Assembly (NCBI GenBank): GCA_043800255.1
Contig: JAZDNF010000004.1
Coordinates: forward strand, 1-41,191
Length of the DNA stretch: 41,191 nucleotides
DNA from: Candidatus Altiarchaeota archaeon
GTDB taxonomy: Archaea > Altiarchaeota > Altiarchaeia > IMC4 > SCGC-AAA252-I15
Direction: 5' to 3'
Below, one piece after another: positions 27,140 through 38,600 of the stretch. Numbering within the stretch: position 1 is the first letter of the stretch; each line of letters opens with the position of its first letter. Both the position numbers and the translations under genes were made by a program. The notes under the pieces are model-generated. The model saw only the letters and a program-made list of their open reading frames with translations, was not told the origin of the DNA and did not search any database.

Positions 27140-28110
27140 GCGCGATCTGCTTTGACCTGGAGGGGCCGCTGTCGCCGCAGGACAATGCGTTCGAGATTAT
27201 GGGGCTTTTCGAGAACGGCAGGCGGATTTTTGAGATAATATCCAAGTATGATGACATTCTGACTCTGGAGAGGCGCTCAAACTACGAGCCTGGCGACACG
27301 CTCAAGCTCATAATACCGTTCCTCCTGTATCACGGCGTTGGAGACGCCGATGTACGAAAGGTCTCAGACAGGGCCAAGCTTGTCGATGGCGCGGAGAAGA
27401 CCGTCGGCCAGCTCGTCAAGGGAGGCTGGGAGGTTTACATAATCTCGACAAGCTACGCCCAGCACGCTGAGAGCATAGGCGCAAGGCTGGGCTTGGATGC
27501 CGGCAGCGTTTACTGCACCAGAATCAGGCTTGACGAGTGCAGGAAATACCTCGAAGAGGATGAGCTCACTCTTATAGGCGAATTCGAGCAGAGCATGCTG
27601 AAACTGAAGGAGGGCTCTGAGATCAGGGATTCGCTGGACAGCTTCTACAACAAGGAGCTCGCAGGCAGCAGGATAGGGCACATGCTTGACGGCATAGCAG
27701 TCTGCGGGGGCGAGAACAAGGCGAACGCTGTCGCAGATATCGTGAAAAAATCAACCTCCTACGTGGACGAGGTTATTGCCGTCGGCGACAGCATAACAGA
27801 CTATAAGATGCTGAGGATGGTGAGGGAGGCCGGAGGCCTCTCCATAGTGTTCAACGGCAACGAATACGCCCTCCCCTACGGAAGCGTCGGCGTTGCCAGC
27901 ATAACACTCGAATCGATTCTGGAGATTGCAGAAGCCTTCAGGCTTGGAGGGAAGGACAGGGCAAGGGAGTCTGTTCTCAGCTCAAAAAATAATGACCAAG
28001 CGTGCTTTCACTGGCTTGAGGGAGCAGGCAAAGAGGATATGAAGGAGATAGCAAAGGTTCACATGAAATTCAGGCAGAAGGTCAGAGGGTCTGCTGCCAA
28101 ACTTGGTTAG
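27136..28110 (+). CDS. HAD hydrolase, EhaR-like
   Basis: FDLEGPLSPQDNAFE, SKYDD, YEPGDTLKLI.PF, ISTSY, VGDSITD, FNGNEYA. Confidence 0.8.
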   Translation: MSAICFDLEGPLSPQDNAFEIMGLFENGRRIFEIISKYDDILTLERRSNYEPGDTLKLIIPFLLYHGVGDADVRKVSDRAKLVDGAEKTVGQLVKGGWEVYIISTSYAQHAESIGARLGLDAGSVYCTRIRLDECRKYLEEDELTLIGEFEQSMLKLKEGSEIRDSLDSFYNKELAGSRIGHMLDGIAVCGGENKANAVADIVKKSTSYVDEVIAVGDSITDYKMLRMVREAGGLSIVFNGNEYALPYGSVGVASITLESILEIAEAFRLGGKDRARESVLSSKNNDQACFHWLEGAGKEDMKEIAKVHMKFRQKVRGSAAKLG

Positions 28111-28111
28111 A

Positions 28112-28972
28112 ATGGAAGTCATAGGAGTCGGCGCCCTGAACTTTGACAGGATATACTCTGTTAACAGGCTAGCAGAATCCGGAACACACCAGCCAATCCT
28201 TGCAATACACGAGAGCCCAGGAGGGTCGTCTGCGAACACCATCGCGGCATTAGGCCGCCTAGGCCACAGGACAGGGTTTGTAGGCCTTGTAGGGAACGAC
28301 GTGGAAGGGAGGGTAATCCTGAAGGACTTCGGGGACTATGACGTTGACGTGAGCCATGTGAGGACCATGGTCGGCAGGTCAGGCCTGATAATCTGTTTTG
28401 TCGATTCGGAAGGCGAGAGGACAATGTACCCTCACCCCGGCGTCAACAACATGGTAGAATTCTCTGAAGCGGATGTTGAATACTGTAACAGCGCGAAGAT
28501 TGTTCACCTGAGCTCATATGTTGGGGAAAAGCAGTTCAGAGAGCAGTGCCGGCTGCTGGATAAGATTGAAAAGCCGACGATAAGCTTCACTCCAGGCGAC
28601 CTTTATGCTAGGAAGGGCCTAAAGGCGCTGTTTCCCCTGCTTGAGAAGTGTTCGATACTGTTCCTGAACCGGTCAGAGCATGAGAGCCTTACCAGTGCAG
28701 GCATAGCGGAGGGGGCAAGCATGCTGCACGATACCGGCGTTCAGACCGTAGTAGTGACTTTGGGAGACAAGGGGAGTTTCATAAGTTCTAAAGGTGAAAC
28801 TGTTAACGTTGGCGTTGAGAAATCGAAGGTTGTGGACACTACCGGCGCAGGCGACGCCTACGCCGCAGGATTCCTTTCCGGGATGCTGAAAGGGAAGAAC
28901 CTAAGAGAGTCGGCTGAAATGGGAAGCCGCCTAGCGTCAGAATGCATAAAAAAATTCGGAGCTAGGTGGTAA
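28112..28972 (+). CDS. PfkB-family carbohydrate/nucleoside kinase
   Basis: GGSSANT..AL.RLG, VTLG.KG, DTTGAGDAYAAGF. Confidence 0.92.
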   Translation: MEVIGVGALNFDRIYSVNRLAESGTHQPILAIHESPGGSSANTIAALGRLGHRTGFVGLVGNDVEGRVILKDFGDYDVDVSHVRTMVGRSGLIICFVDSEGERTMYPHPGVNNMVEFSEADVEYCNSAKIVHLSSYVGEKQFREQCRLLDKIEKPTISFTPGDLYARKGLKALFPLLEKCSILFLNRSEHESLTSAGIAEGASMLHDTGVQTVVVTLGDKGSFISSKGETVNVGVEKSKVVDTTGAGDAYAAGFLSGMLKGKNLRESAEMGSRLASECIKKFGARW

Positions 28973-28996
28973 AAAAAGAATGTGAGGTTTAGGTCC

Positions 28997-30634
28997 TCAC
29001 ATGTCCATGTCGCCCATGCCTCCCATTCCTCCTGGGGGCATAGGCGGGCCTCCGCCTCCCTTCTTGGAGCCGGCGATGACGTCGTCTATCCTGAGTATCA
29101 TCTCAGCCGCCTCTGAGCTGCTTTTGACAGCCTGTGTTTTTATCTTCAGAGGCTCTACGACGCCCTTCTTCCACATGTCAGCTATCGATGAGTTCAGCAC
29201 GTCGACTCCAGCATTTTTCTCGCCCTTCTCATGCTTTGACCTGAGTTTCACGAGAGTGTCTATGGCGTCCATGCCTGCGCTCTCCGCAAGGGTTCTTGGG
29301 ATGATCTCAAGCGTCTCGGCGAATGCGTTTATGGCGAGCTGCTCTCTCCCGCCGACGCTTTCAGCGTATTCCTTGAGGCGTCTTGAGAGTTCTATCTCAA
29401 CAGCCCCGCCTCCGGCTACGATGCTCCCGACCTCAACCGCTGCTGCCACGCCTCCTAAAGCGTCGTTCACAGCCCTCTCGATCTCGTCGACGACGTGCTC
29501 AGTCCCGCCTCTGATGAGGAAGCTGACCGCTTTCGGGTTCTTGCAGCCTCTGACGAATATCATCTCGTCACCCGAGATTTTGACCTCTTCGACGGTCTTC
29601 GCCTTGCCTAGGTCGTCTTTGCTCAGGTCTTTCCTGTTTGTCACCACATTGGCGCCTGTGGCTTTGGCGAGTTTTTCCATGTCAGACTTCTTCACCCTTC
29701 TGACTGCGAGAATGCCTGCCTTTGACAGATAGTGCTGTGCGAGGTCGTCGATGCCCTTCTGGCAGAACAGTACGTTTGCTCCGGTCTTTACTACATCGTC
29801 GACCATGTCCTTCAGCATCTTCTCCTCCTGCGCGACGAAGGCTTCAAGCTGGTCCGGTGAGGTTATGCTGATTTCAGCGTCGGTTTCCGTGTCCTTAACC
29901 TCAAGTGCCGCGTCGAGCAGAGCAATCTTGGCGTTCTCTACCTTCTTCGGCATCGCGGAGTGTACTCTCTCTTTGTCTATTATCAGGCCCTCTATGAGCT
30001 CTGAGTCGGTGCTGGAGCCTCCCTCCTTCTTCTCAACCTTCACGTTGTCAAGGTCTACTGTGATCTTGTTCCCATCAACCTCAGCAACCTGTCTTATCGC
30101 CTGCATTGACATCTCAGAGAGTTTATCCTTCGCTGACTCTGCGCCTTTCCCTGTCATCGCAGTTACGGCTATCTCCTTCAGGAGCTTTGTGTCGTTCAAG
30201 GTGACCTTGGTTCCTATCTCATTGAGTATCTCCTGGGATTTGTTGGCAGCCATCCTGTATCCTCTGGCAATCACTGTGCTGTGGATCCCCAGGTCTAAGA
30301 GGTTCTCAGCCTGCGATAGCAGTTCTCCTGTTAGCACTACGGCAGTTGTGGTGCCATCTCCGACTTCGTCATCCTGGGTCTTGGCGACCTCGACGACCAT
30401 CTTGGCTGCAGGGTGCTCTACATTCATCTCCTCGACGATGGTCGCTCCGTCGTTCGTTATCACGATGTCGCCTAAATCGTCAACGAGCATCTTGTCCATG
30501 CCCCTGGGACCTAACGTGGTCCTGACAGTTTCTGCAACTGCCTTTGCTGCCATTATGTTGTTTCTCTGCGCGTCTCTTCCTGTTGTCCTAAACGCCCCTT
30601 CGGGCAATACGAAAATCTGTTGTCCTTGTGCCAT
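28997..30634 (-). CDS. ths: Thermosome (group II chaperonin) subunit
   Basis: [26 protein letters not shown] tail. Confidence 0.98.
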   Translation of the reverse strand: MAQGQQIFVLPEGAFRTTGRDAQRNNIMAAKAVAETVRTTLGPRGMDKMLVDDLGDIVITNDGATIVEEMNVEHPAAKMVVEVAKTQDDEVGDGTTTAVVLTGELLSQAENLLDLGIHSTVIARGYRMAANKSQEILNEIGTKVTLNDTKLLKEIAVTAMTGKGAESAKDKLSEMSMQAIRQVAEVDGNKITVDLDNVKVEKKEGGSSTDSELIEGLIIDKERVHSAMPKKVENAKIALLDAALEVKDTETDAEISITSPDQLEAFVAQEEKMLKDMVDDVVKTGANVLFCQKGIDDLAQHYLSKAGILAVRRVKKSDMEKLAKATGANVVTNRKDLSKDDLGKAKTVEEVKISGDEMIFVRGCKNPKAVSFLIRGGTEHVVDEIERAVNDALGGVAAAVEVGSIVAGGGAVEIELSRRLKEYAESVGGREQLAINAFAETLEIIPRTLAESAGMDAIDTLVKLRSKHEKGEKNAGVDVLNSSIADMWKKGVVEPLKIKTQAVKSSSEAAEMILRIDDVIAGSKKGGGGPPMPPGGMGGMGDMDM

Positions 30635-30648
30635 ATCATATCACCTTA

Positions 30649-31089
30649 TTATTCTACTTTTATTTTCCTCCTATCTTTTGATTCTTTTTTTGGGGCTCTC
30701 ACCTCAAGAACCCCGTTCTTGTATGTGGCCTTAATCTTGTCCGCATTTATCGGATGGGGCATCCTCTCGCTCGCATAGAAGTTTTCGTATCTGGTTCTCA
30801 TTCGCCTGTGGAAGTCATCCCCACCGGTCCTGATCTCTTCTGACCTGACTGTTATCTCTACCCCCTCTTCTGTAGCGTTTATCCTGATATCCTCCTTGTT
30901 CACACCAGGCAATTCAGCTGTTAATATTATCTCACTGCCGGCGTCTATCACGTCGAGGTATGACTCCAGTCGGCCGTGGTCGAAGGTTCTGAATGGCGTA
31001 TATGATCTTGGCTCTACGTCAATCCCGAAACCCTCCCCCAGCAATCTTCTAAGATCGTCGAAAAAGTAAGGCATCCTCCTGCGCATCAC
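30649..31089 (-). CDS. Hsp20 small heat-shock protein
   Basis: [25 protein letters not shown] tail. Confidence 0.92.
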   Translation of the reverse strand: MMRRRMPYFFDDLRRLLGEGFGIDVEPRSYTPFRTFDHGRLESYLDVIDAGSEIILTAELPGVNKEDIRINATEEGVEITVRSEEIRTGGDDFHRRMRTRYENFYASERMPHPINADKIKATYKNGVLEVRAPKKESKDRRKIKVE

Positions 31090-31098
31090 ATCACCCTA

Positions 31099-31662
31099 TC
31101 ACTCGATTTTTACGTTAAATCCCCCTGTCATCGCCTTCTTCTTCACTCTCGGAAGCTTAACCTCTAAGACTCCGTTCTTGAACGTGGCCTTCGTGACGTC
31201 AGGTTTGACTTCACATGGCAGTTCAAGTTCCTTGTGATATCTCCTGTCTGGCGTGTTCACGTCTATCGTCAGGCTCTTCTCGCTTGCCTCCAGATTTATG
31301 TCCTTCTTTTCTATACCAGGCAACTCTGCGATTATGTCAACAGCATCCTCTTTCTCGATTACGTCTGTGAGCGGCTCCCTGCCCGCTGTGATAGCCTCCG
31401 GACCGCCTATGCTCACGCCCGGGACGTTCCCGAACTCTTCGATGTGCGGTTTGCCGTCAAGCCCAACCCGCATGGAGAATCCGTAAACGTACGGTCTGCC
31501 TTCTCCAGCCTGATTGGAGCGTTTCATGGCGTCTTCGAATATTTTCGCCATGTTCTCCTCCATCTGCCTGAATTCCTCGTCGAAGTCTGGCATGAACTCG
31601 TCGAAAAATCCGAAACCGAATGGCCATCCGCGCCCTCTTGGGCGTCTCCTGCCTGGAACCAT
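31099..31662 (-). CDS. hsp20: Archaeal Hsp20 small heat-shock protein
   Basis: PYVYGFS..GKP.IEEFGN, REPLTDV, ATFKNGVLEV; GAGGTGA SD at 31676-31670; start ATG 31662. Confidence 0.93.
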   Translation of the reverse strand: MVPGRRRPRGRGWPFGFGFFDEFMPDFDEEFRQMEENMAKIFEDAMKRSNQAGEGRPYVYGFSMRVGLDGKPHIEEFGNVPGVSIGGPEAITAGREPLTDVIEKEDAVDIIAELPGIEKKDINLEASEKSLTIDVNTPDRRYHKELELPCEVKPDVTKATFKNGVLEVKLPRVKKKAMTGGFNVKIE

Positions 31663-31738
31663 CTTCACATCACCTCTAAAAAAAGGAATAATATATTGGT
31701 TTAGATGTATATAAAAAGCTTTTGTCTTTCCGCTGGAA

Positions 31739-32650
31739 TCACTCAACAAGTATGCGGAAAAGCTGTCTTGGCGTTCTGATACCCTCAAAATCAGCAGGGT
31801 TCAGGATAGTAGTCTCAATCTTAACCCTCCTCTCTGAGATGCAAAGAGGATACCCTCCCATTATGTCAGAAACGCTGTTCAAAACCGTCATTTTCTTGCG
31901 TATGCCATTTCTGTCGTTGCTTATCGCCGAAAATATCATCTTCCGCTCCTTGGCAATAATGTCGAAGGGGGCGTTTGTTATGGATGTCTTGAAACCTATC
32001 CTCCTCAGATAGGTGTCAACCTTCTTCGTGAGCTCGGTAGTGTACCCCCGAGGGTAAGCGGCCTCTTCGCTCTCCTCCGCATTCTCGAAAATGTCGCCCT
32101 TAAGGAGCAGCCTGTCGTCCGAGAAAACCTGCTCCAGCCTCTCAGCAATGTCAAGTGAAACGTGCCCTGTTGACTCATACCTGTAGACGCTCTGCTTTGA
32201 GACTCCTAGGCTGTCCGCCAGATTCTGCTGGGTCATCCTGCGCTGACGCCTCAAATGGGACAGCCTCTCAGGGTTGATTTTGATGCAGTAGTTACCCCTT
32301 ATTGAATAGACTGGCGGCTGTATGTCGTCCAGAATCTTATCGAATGTTCTGTGATTGATGACTGGGATACCATAACGCTCGTAGACCACATCATCCTGCA
32401 GTTCTGAGCTTTTTATCTTGAAGCCTATCACAACAGGCTTCGCGGAGATGGCTTCTGAAACACGCTTCAGCTCAGCCGCGGCCTCCCTCGTAAGCCCTTC
32501 GACGTTGTAGAGTATCTTAACAAGCAGTATGCTATCGTCTGACTTCGCTATGATGTCGAATGAGCTTTGAATGCCGGCGCAGTCGACGTAATCGTACTCC
32601 CTCCTTTCAAGAGACTCCTGCACCCTGCTCGAGAGCACGGCCTTCGTCAT
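31739..32650 (-). CDS. Archaeal XRE/Cro-HTH transcriptional regulator (COG1395-like)
   Basis: FDIIAK repeated twice, VYERYGIP, TQQNLADSLGVSKQSVYRYE. Confidence 0.88.
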   Translation of the reverse strand: MTKAVLSSRVQESLERREYDYVDCAGIQSSFDIIAKSDDSILLVKILYNVEGLTREAAAELKRVSEAISAKPVVIGFKIKSSELQDDVVYERYGIPVINHRTFDKILDDIQPPVYSIRGNYCIKINPERLSHLRRQRRMTQQNLADSLGVSKQSVYRYESTGHVSLDIAERLEQVFSDDRLLLKGDIFENAEESEEAAYPRGYTTELTKKVDTYLRRIGFKTSITNAPFDIIAKERKMIFSAISNDRNGIRKKMTVLNSVSDIMGGYPLCISERRVKIETTILNPADFEGIRTPRQLFRILVE

Positions 32651-34038
32651 CTTATAAACCTTCTGTGCAAAGCATTCAAAGCCTTCTTGGCGTCTTTCTC
32701 ATTGACGATGAAGGCTATGTTAACCTCTGATGAGCCCTGGGCTATCATTATTATGTTCACGTTAGCCTTTGCGACGCTTTCAAAGACCTTTGAAGCCACT
32801 CCCTTCGTGCCCTGCATGCCTGCTCCGACGACCGTTATGATGCAGACATCCCCCATGAGACCGATGTTCCTGATGCCATTGCCTTGGAAGTTGTCTTTAA
32901 GGATTTCAATGCTCCTTGTCACATCCTTCTGGGAGACGACGAACGAGAGGTTCGACTCCGAAGAGCCGGATATCATGAGAATGTTTATGTTCCCTTCTCC
33001 TAAGAGTGAAAAGACCTTCCCAGCTATTCCAGGCGTCTCAGCCATGCCTACCCCCTGCAGGTTTATTATGGCAACGTTCTTCGATATCGCTATGGCCTTT
33101 ATAACACCCTTCACGGCCTTTTGCTGTCTCACAATCCGTGTTCCCTGATACCGGGGGTTGAACGTGTTCTTAACCACCACAGGTATGTCAGCCACCATGG
33201 CAGGCTCTATCATCTTGGAGTGTATGACCTTCGCACCATAGTACGCTAGGTCCATGGCCTCAACATAGGACAGCTCCTTTATCAGCTTGGCGTTTTTCAC
33301 AGCTTTTGGGTCTGTGGTCAGTATGCCGTCGACGTCGGTCCAGATCTGAACCTCGTCGGCGTTTATGTAGTTGCCTACCAAAGAGGCTGTGAAGTCGCTG
33401 CCCCCACGTCCCAGGGTCGTTATCTTGGCGCTCTGGTTTCCTGCGACAAACCCTGTCACGACCGGCGTCACTCCCCTGGAGAGCATCGGCTTGAGCTTGC
33501 CGTTCATGGTCTTCTTCGAAATCTTGTGCAGAGGCCTCGCGCAGCCGAAGTTCGAGTCCGTTATCAGACCAGCCTCGTATCCTGTCAGGGCCTCAGCTTT
33601 GATATCAATCGACTTCAGGCAGCCGGTCATTATCAGAACCGACAGCCGCTCGCCGAACGACATTATATAATCGAGAGACTTCGGCGTCAGGTCCTCGAGG
33701 TAACCTACTCCAAGAAGTGCGACCTTGAGCTGGTCTAACAGGCGTATCAGCTCCTGCAGAACTTCGCCGTGTACCCTCCTGTCTTGTATGGCCTCCTCTA
33801 TGGCGCTCCTGTGCTGTATGAGAATGTCCCTGTAGAATATGTCAACCTCGCGCTCGACAACGCTCGTCGGCAGGTCAACAACCTCTTTCGCGATGTTTAT
33901 GAGCTTGTCGGTCACTCCGCCCATGGCAGACAACACGACCACCTTGCTGCCGCGCTGCCTTTTTACGATGTTAGCTGCATCGAATATCCTCTTCCCGTCT
34001 CCGACAGACGTCCCCCCGAACTTCATCACCACAACCAT
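32647..34038 (-). CDS. lysC: Aspartate kinase with two ACT domains
   Basis: MKFGGTSV, VLSAMGGVTD, TTLGRGGSD, WTDVDG, QGSSE; start ATG 34038, TTTTATAG about 26 nt upstream. Confidence 0.95.
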   Translation of the reverse strand: MVVVMKFGGTSVGDGKRIFDAANIVKRQRGSKVVVLSAMGGVTDKLINIAKEVVDLPTSVVEREVDIFYRDILIQHRSAIEEAIQDRRVHGEVLQELIRLLDQLKVALLGVGYLEDLTPKSLDYIMSFGERLSVLIMTGCLKSIDIKAEALTGYEAGLITDSNFGCARPLHKISKKTMNGKLKPMLSRGVTPVVTGFVAGNQSAKITTLGRGGSDFTASLVGNYINADEVQIWTDVDGILTTDPKAVKNAKLIKELSYVEAMDLAYYGAKVIHSKMIEPAMVADIPVVVKNTFNPRYQGTRIVRQQKAVKGVIKAIAISKNVAIINLQGVGMAETPGIAGKVFSLLGEGNINILMISGSSESNLSFVVSQKDVTRSIEILKDNFQGNGIRNIGLMGDVCIITVVGAGMQGTKGVASKVFESVAKANVNIIMIAQGSSEVNIAFIVNEKDAKKALNALHRRFIR

Positions 34039-34121
34039 TTTGACTAAAGTATAGGAAAAGCCACTATAAAAGCCGTCTCCTGAAATGTGATACACTACTG
34101 GTCATTAGCGTGCTGATTATG

Positions 34122-35522
34122 CTAGTCGTCTTTTCCGGTCCAACAGTAGAGGCATAATCTCTCCTTGGGCAGGCCTATCGCATCTATCATGTCGTCGAGC
34201 TGCTGGTACTTGAGGGTCGTGGCGTCAAGGTCTTTTCTGATCCATTCCACCATCTTCCTGTGTCTTTCAGACTTCTGGTCCTGGTACTCTTCCACATGCT
34301 TCGAGTTGTCGCCTTCCAGCGCCTTTATCGCCTTTCTGGCTGCGAGCTCTTCCAGCGTCCTTGTTGACAGGTTGAAAATGCAGGGGTACATGAGCGGTGG
34401 GCATGCCACTCTGATGTGAACCTCCCTCGCGCCGTTGTCGAATAGCTTCTTTATCGTGTAGTTCTTCAGCTGCGTGCCCCGCACTATCGAATCCTCGCAT
34501 ATTACGATGCTCTTCCCCTCTATGATGTCCTTGTTAGGTATCAGCTTCATCAAAGCTATCTGGTCCCTGGTTTCCTGCGAGGGGGGAGTGTAGCTTCTCC
34601 CATAACCCTGGGTATACTTTGTCATCGACCTCCTGAAGGGCAGCCCAGAACCAATAGCATAGCCGATGGCGTGACCAGTGCCGCTGTCAGGTATCCCCGA
34701 CGCCATGTCAGCTTTGATGTCATCGTCTTTGGCGAGCGCCTTCCCGCATCTCTCCCTCACGATTTCCGCGTTTATGCCCTCGTAGCTTGAGGCCGGAAAT
34801 CCTGTGTAAATCCACAAAAAAGAGCATATCTTCTGCTTCTTGTCCCTGCCGGCTATCGTCTCCATACCGTTATCCTTTATCAGCGCTATCTCCCCCGGGC
34901 CGATGAATTTTTTTGTGCTGAACCCGAGGTTGGGGAACGCGCACGACTCTGAGGCGACCGCCCAGCCGTCTTTGCCTTCAGCCACAACCAGCGGGAATCT
35001 GCCGAATCTGTCCCTGGCGGCGTATATGCCGTCCTTGTTCAGGAGGAGCAGTGATGTCGAGCCTTTTATCTCATCGAACATCCTCCGTATGCCGTCAACT
35101 ATCGAGCTCCCCTTGTTTATCAAAGCCGCTACCAGCTCTGTCGTGTTAACGCCGTCTTCCGAGAATTCCGCGAAAGTCTCCCCGCCTTCGATAAGCTTCT
35201 GCGCAAGCTCGTCTTTGTTCTCCACCAGCCCGTTCGTGCAGAGCGCGAACGTCCCGAACTTCGACTCCAGAATAAGCGGCTGCGGGTTGCTGTCGCTTAT
35301 AACCCCTATGCCCGCCTTCCCTGGCATGCTCTTGTAGTCGCCGTAAAATTTCGACTTGAACTGCGTCTGCTGGATGTCATGGATCCTCTTATGGAACCTC
35401 CCCCTACCGTTCAATACCGCCATCCCACCGTACTGCGTGCCCAAATGCGACTGATAGTCAGTACCCAGAAAAAGCTTCCCAGAGCAGTCCTCCCTCAGTA
35501 TAACCCCGAACAAGCCACTCAT
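34122..35522 (-). CDS. purF: Amidophosphoribosyltransferase, variant without N-terminal Cys
   Basis: RD.FG, ASES, PDSG, EDSIVRGT PRPP loop, ACPP, CLYCW. Confidence 0.88.
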   Translation of the reverse strand: MSGLFGVILREDCSGKLFLGTDYQSHLGTQYGGMAVLNGRGRFHKRIHDIQQTQFKSKFYGDYKSMPGKAGIGVISDSNPQPLILESKFGTFALCTNGLVENKDELAQKLIEGGETFAEFSEDGVNTTELVAALINKGSSIVDGIRRMFDEIKGSTSLLLLNKDGIYAARDRFGRFPLVVAEGKDGWAVASESCAFPNLGFSTKKFIGPGEIALIKDNGMETIAGRDKKQKICSFLWIYTGFPASSYEGINAEIVRERCGKALAKDDDIKADMASGIPDSGTGHAIGYAIGSGLPFRRSMTKYTQGYGRSYTPPSQETRDQIALMKLIPNKDIIEGKSIVICEDSIVRGTQLKNYTIKKLFDNGAREVHIRVACPPLMYPCIFNLSTRTLEELAARKAIKALEGDNSKHVEEYQDQKSERHRKMVEWIRKDLDATTLKYQQLDDMIDAIGLPKERLCLYCWTGKDD

Positions 35523-35639
35523 CTTAGAAGAAGGTTAACAATATGTTCCATAAGATAAAAACACAATCAGACACTGTCAGTCCGCGATTGATAGCTATTT
35601 ATACTCTACATTTATAGATTCTAATAGCAGTTCAGCTCT

Positions 35640-38600
35640 ATGAAAAGAAACTTTGGTTTCATCTCATTATTGGGCGCTGTTTTTGCCATACTTTTAGCTG
35701 TAACCTCTGCATCAGCTGTCGAGTGCAACTGCTCGACCTGTGATGGCTGTGAGACCCAGTTAAGCAACAGTTCCTGTTCTGTCGTGAAACTAACGGCGGA
35801 CATAACAAACTACGCTGGGAGTTGCATAAACAACCCGACAGGCTTCGCAAACAAGACCTTCGACTGCCAGGGGCATGCGATTGACGGGGATGATTATGTA
35901 TACGATAGTGGAATCTACCTTTCTGGAAAATCAAGCAACACAATAAGAAACTGTGTAATCACTGACTTTTATTTCGGAATTCAGCTGGCATCCTCAAACA
36001 ACACTCTGCTGACTGATAACATCGTAAGCTCGAATGACAATTATGGAATTGGCTTGGCCACATCCTCAGATAACATCGTAACAAACAACACTGCAAATTC
36101 GAACACCAATCAAGGAATCGTCATATCATCCTACTCTTTAAGCAACATCATATCGAACAATATTGCAAATTCAAATACTGGGTATGGGATGTTCCTGGCT
36201 TCTTCTTCAAGAAATAACACCCTGTCGGGAAACACTGTAAATTCTAACAGATACGGAATTACAGTATATTCCGCAAACAATAACACACTGCTGAACAACA
36301 CGGTGAATTCGAACAATGATTACGGTATTTTTCTGGACCTATCCTCGAACGTCACCCTGTCGGGAAACACTGTAAGTTCGAACACCAATTTTGGGATTGA
36401 GTTATACTCTGCCCCAAGTAACACCATATTGAACAATATTGTAAATTCGAACAAATGGGGGATTTACATGGGTTCTTCGAATAACGTCACCCTGTCGGGA
36501 AACACTGTAAGTTCGAATAGCCAGTACGGGATTTATTCGTCTTCTTCCTCGAACAATACCTTGTCAAGCAATACTGTAAATTTAAACAAATACGGAATCT
36601 ATTCCTACGGCTCTTCGACAAATAACATAACCCGCAATACCGTCTGTGCGAGCACAACTTCGGACTTCCAATCAAATGACTGGCTCTCAAGTTCTGGCGA
36701 CGACAACACCTGCAATGTTTCCGGTACATGGAACGACATCGGAACGACAGGATGCACATACGCGTGTCCGGTACACGACTGGCCGATGTTCCGCCATGAT
36801 TCGGAACATACGGGTTACACAACAAGTTCTGGGCCGTTGCAGAATACAACGCTTTGGAATTACACTAACGCTGGTCTCACATCCTCATCTACTGCAGTTT
36901 TGAATGGAGTAGTATACGTCGGTGCAGGTGACAACAGGGTTTACGCCTTGAATGCGTCTACGGGAACACAGGTATGGAATTACACGGTTGGTGGAGCGAT
37001 ATCCTACTCATCCCCTGCAGTTTCTGATGGTGTTGTATACATCGGCTCAGATGATAGCAAGATCTACGCCTTGAACGCGTCTACTGGGGCACATGCATGG
37101 AACTACACGACTGGCGGACAGGTACGCTCCTCTCCTACTGTTTCAAGCGGTATCGTGTACATTGGTTCTCAGGATAATAAGACCTATGCACTGAATGCGT
37201 TTACTGGAGCACATGTGTGGAATTACACAACTGGCAATACTATATCATCATCCCCCGCAGGTTCCAATGGCATATTATACATCGGTTCGGATGACAACAA
37301 GACCTATGCTCTGAATGCGTCTACTGGGGCGCACATATGGAATTACACGACAGGGGGGAATGTGTTCTCATCTCCTGCCATCTCTAATGGAAAGGTATAT
37401 GTTGGTTCAACTGACAACAGGGTTTACGCCTTGAATGCGTCTACTGGGGCACATGTATGGAATTACACGACGGGGGGCGGTAGTGGGCCATTGTCATCCC
37501 CTGCAATCTACAATGATATGGTGTACCTAGGTGCATGCGATAACAACTTCTATGCATTGAACGCTTCTACTGGGGCGCATGCATGGAACTATACGACTGG
37601 GAGTTGTGATATCTCATCCCCAGCAGTTTCAAACGGTGTTGTCTATGTGGGCTCAAATGGTTGGATAGTCTACGCCCTGAATGCGTCCAGTGGGACACTG
37701 ATATGGAGCTACACAACCGGCGGTCTTGTAGTATCCTCCCCTGCAGTTTCTAACGGTGTTTTGTATGTCAGTTCCTATGACACCAGGGTTTACGCATTTG
37801 GGTCTACGACAACTACCAGCACGACAACAACTTCGACGACAAGCACGTCAACGGTATCAACTACATCCACCACGAGTACTACAACGACCACAATTCTTAT
37901 CGAGTGCAACTGTTCAAGTTGCAGTGACTGTACAGCAAAATTGAACAATGCTTCCTGTAATGTCGTAAAACTGACTTCAAGTATAGCGAACTACAATGGT
38001 AGTTGCGTGTACAGTCCTGCAAATTTCACAAACAAGACTTTCGACTGCCAGGATTATGATATCGACGGGGTCGATTCCACTGATGTTTTTGCCGGAGTTT
38101 ATCTAGACGGAAAGAACAACAATAGAATACAGAACTGCGTAATAACCGATTTCTATTACGGGATTGCCCTCTGGAACTCAAGTAACAATAGCTTGCTCGG
38201 TAACACTGCAGAGTCAAATACCTATGGAATCATTTTATCTAACCAATCCTCAAACAACACCCTGAGCGGCAACGCATTAGCTTCAAATAGCGCTAATGGA
38301 ATTTACATGCTTTATTCATCAAACGGCAACAATCTGACAGATAACCTGATGTATGCAAACCTATGGCATGGAGTCTCAGTATATTATTCATCAAATAATC
38401 TGCTGAGATACAATATAGCGACTTCAAACAGCCAATATGGAATCTATATCGGCTCAAGCTCAAACAATACAGTAGTAGAGAACAACGCGAGCGCAAATAA
38501 TGCTAGCGGAATTGTTATAGACCACTCATCTTCAGATAGCATAAGTTCCAATACTGCGAACTCGAACACGGATGTGTGGTCCTACGGCATATGGCTGTAC

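Noticed and set aside
29001-30734. Long plus-strand ORFs (243 and 327 aa)
   Set aside because: Antisense shadows of the thermosome gene; Ser/Phe-rich, no motifs
34067-34105. Short ORF MTSSVSHFRRRLL upstream of aspartate kinase as a second leader peptide
   Set aside because: Not enriched in Thr/Lys/Met/Ile and lies upstream of, and overlapping, the likely TATA box
36880-37805. Regular repeats as a CRISPR array or DGR template/variable pair
   Set aside because: In-frame coding repeats of about 120 nt; differences not restricted to adenines; no cas or reverse transcriptase gene in the window
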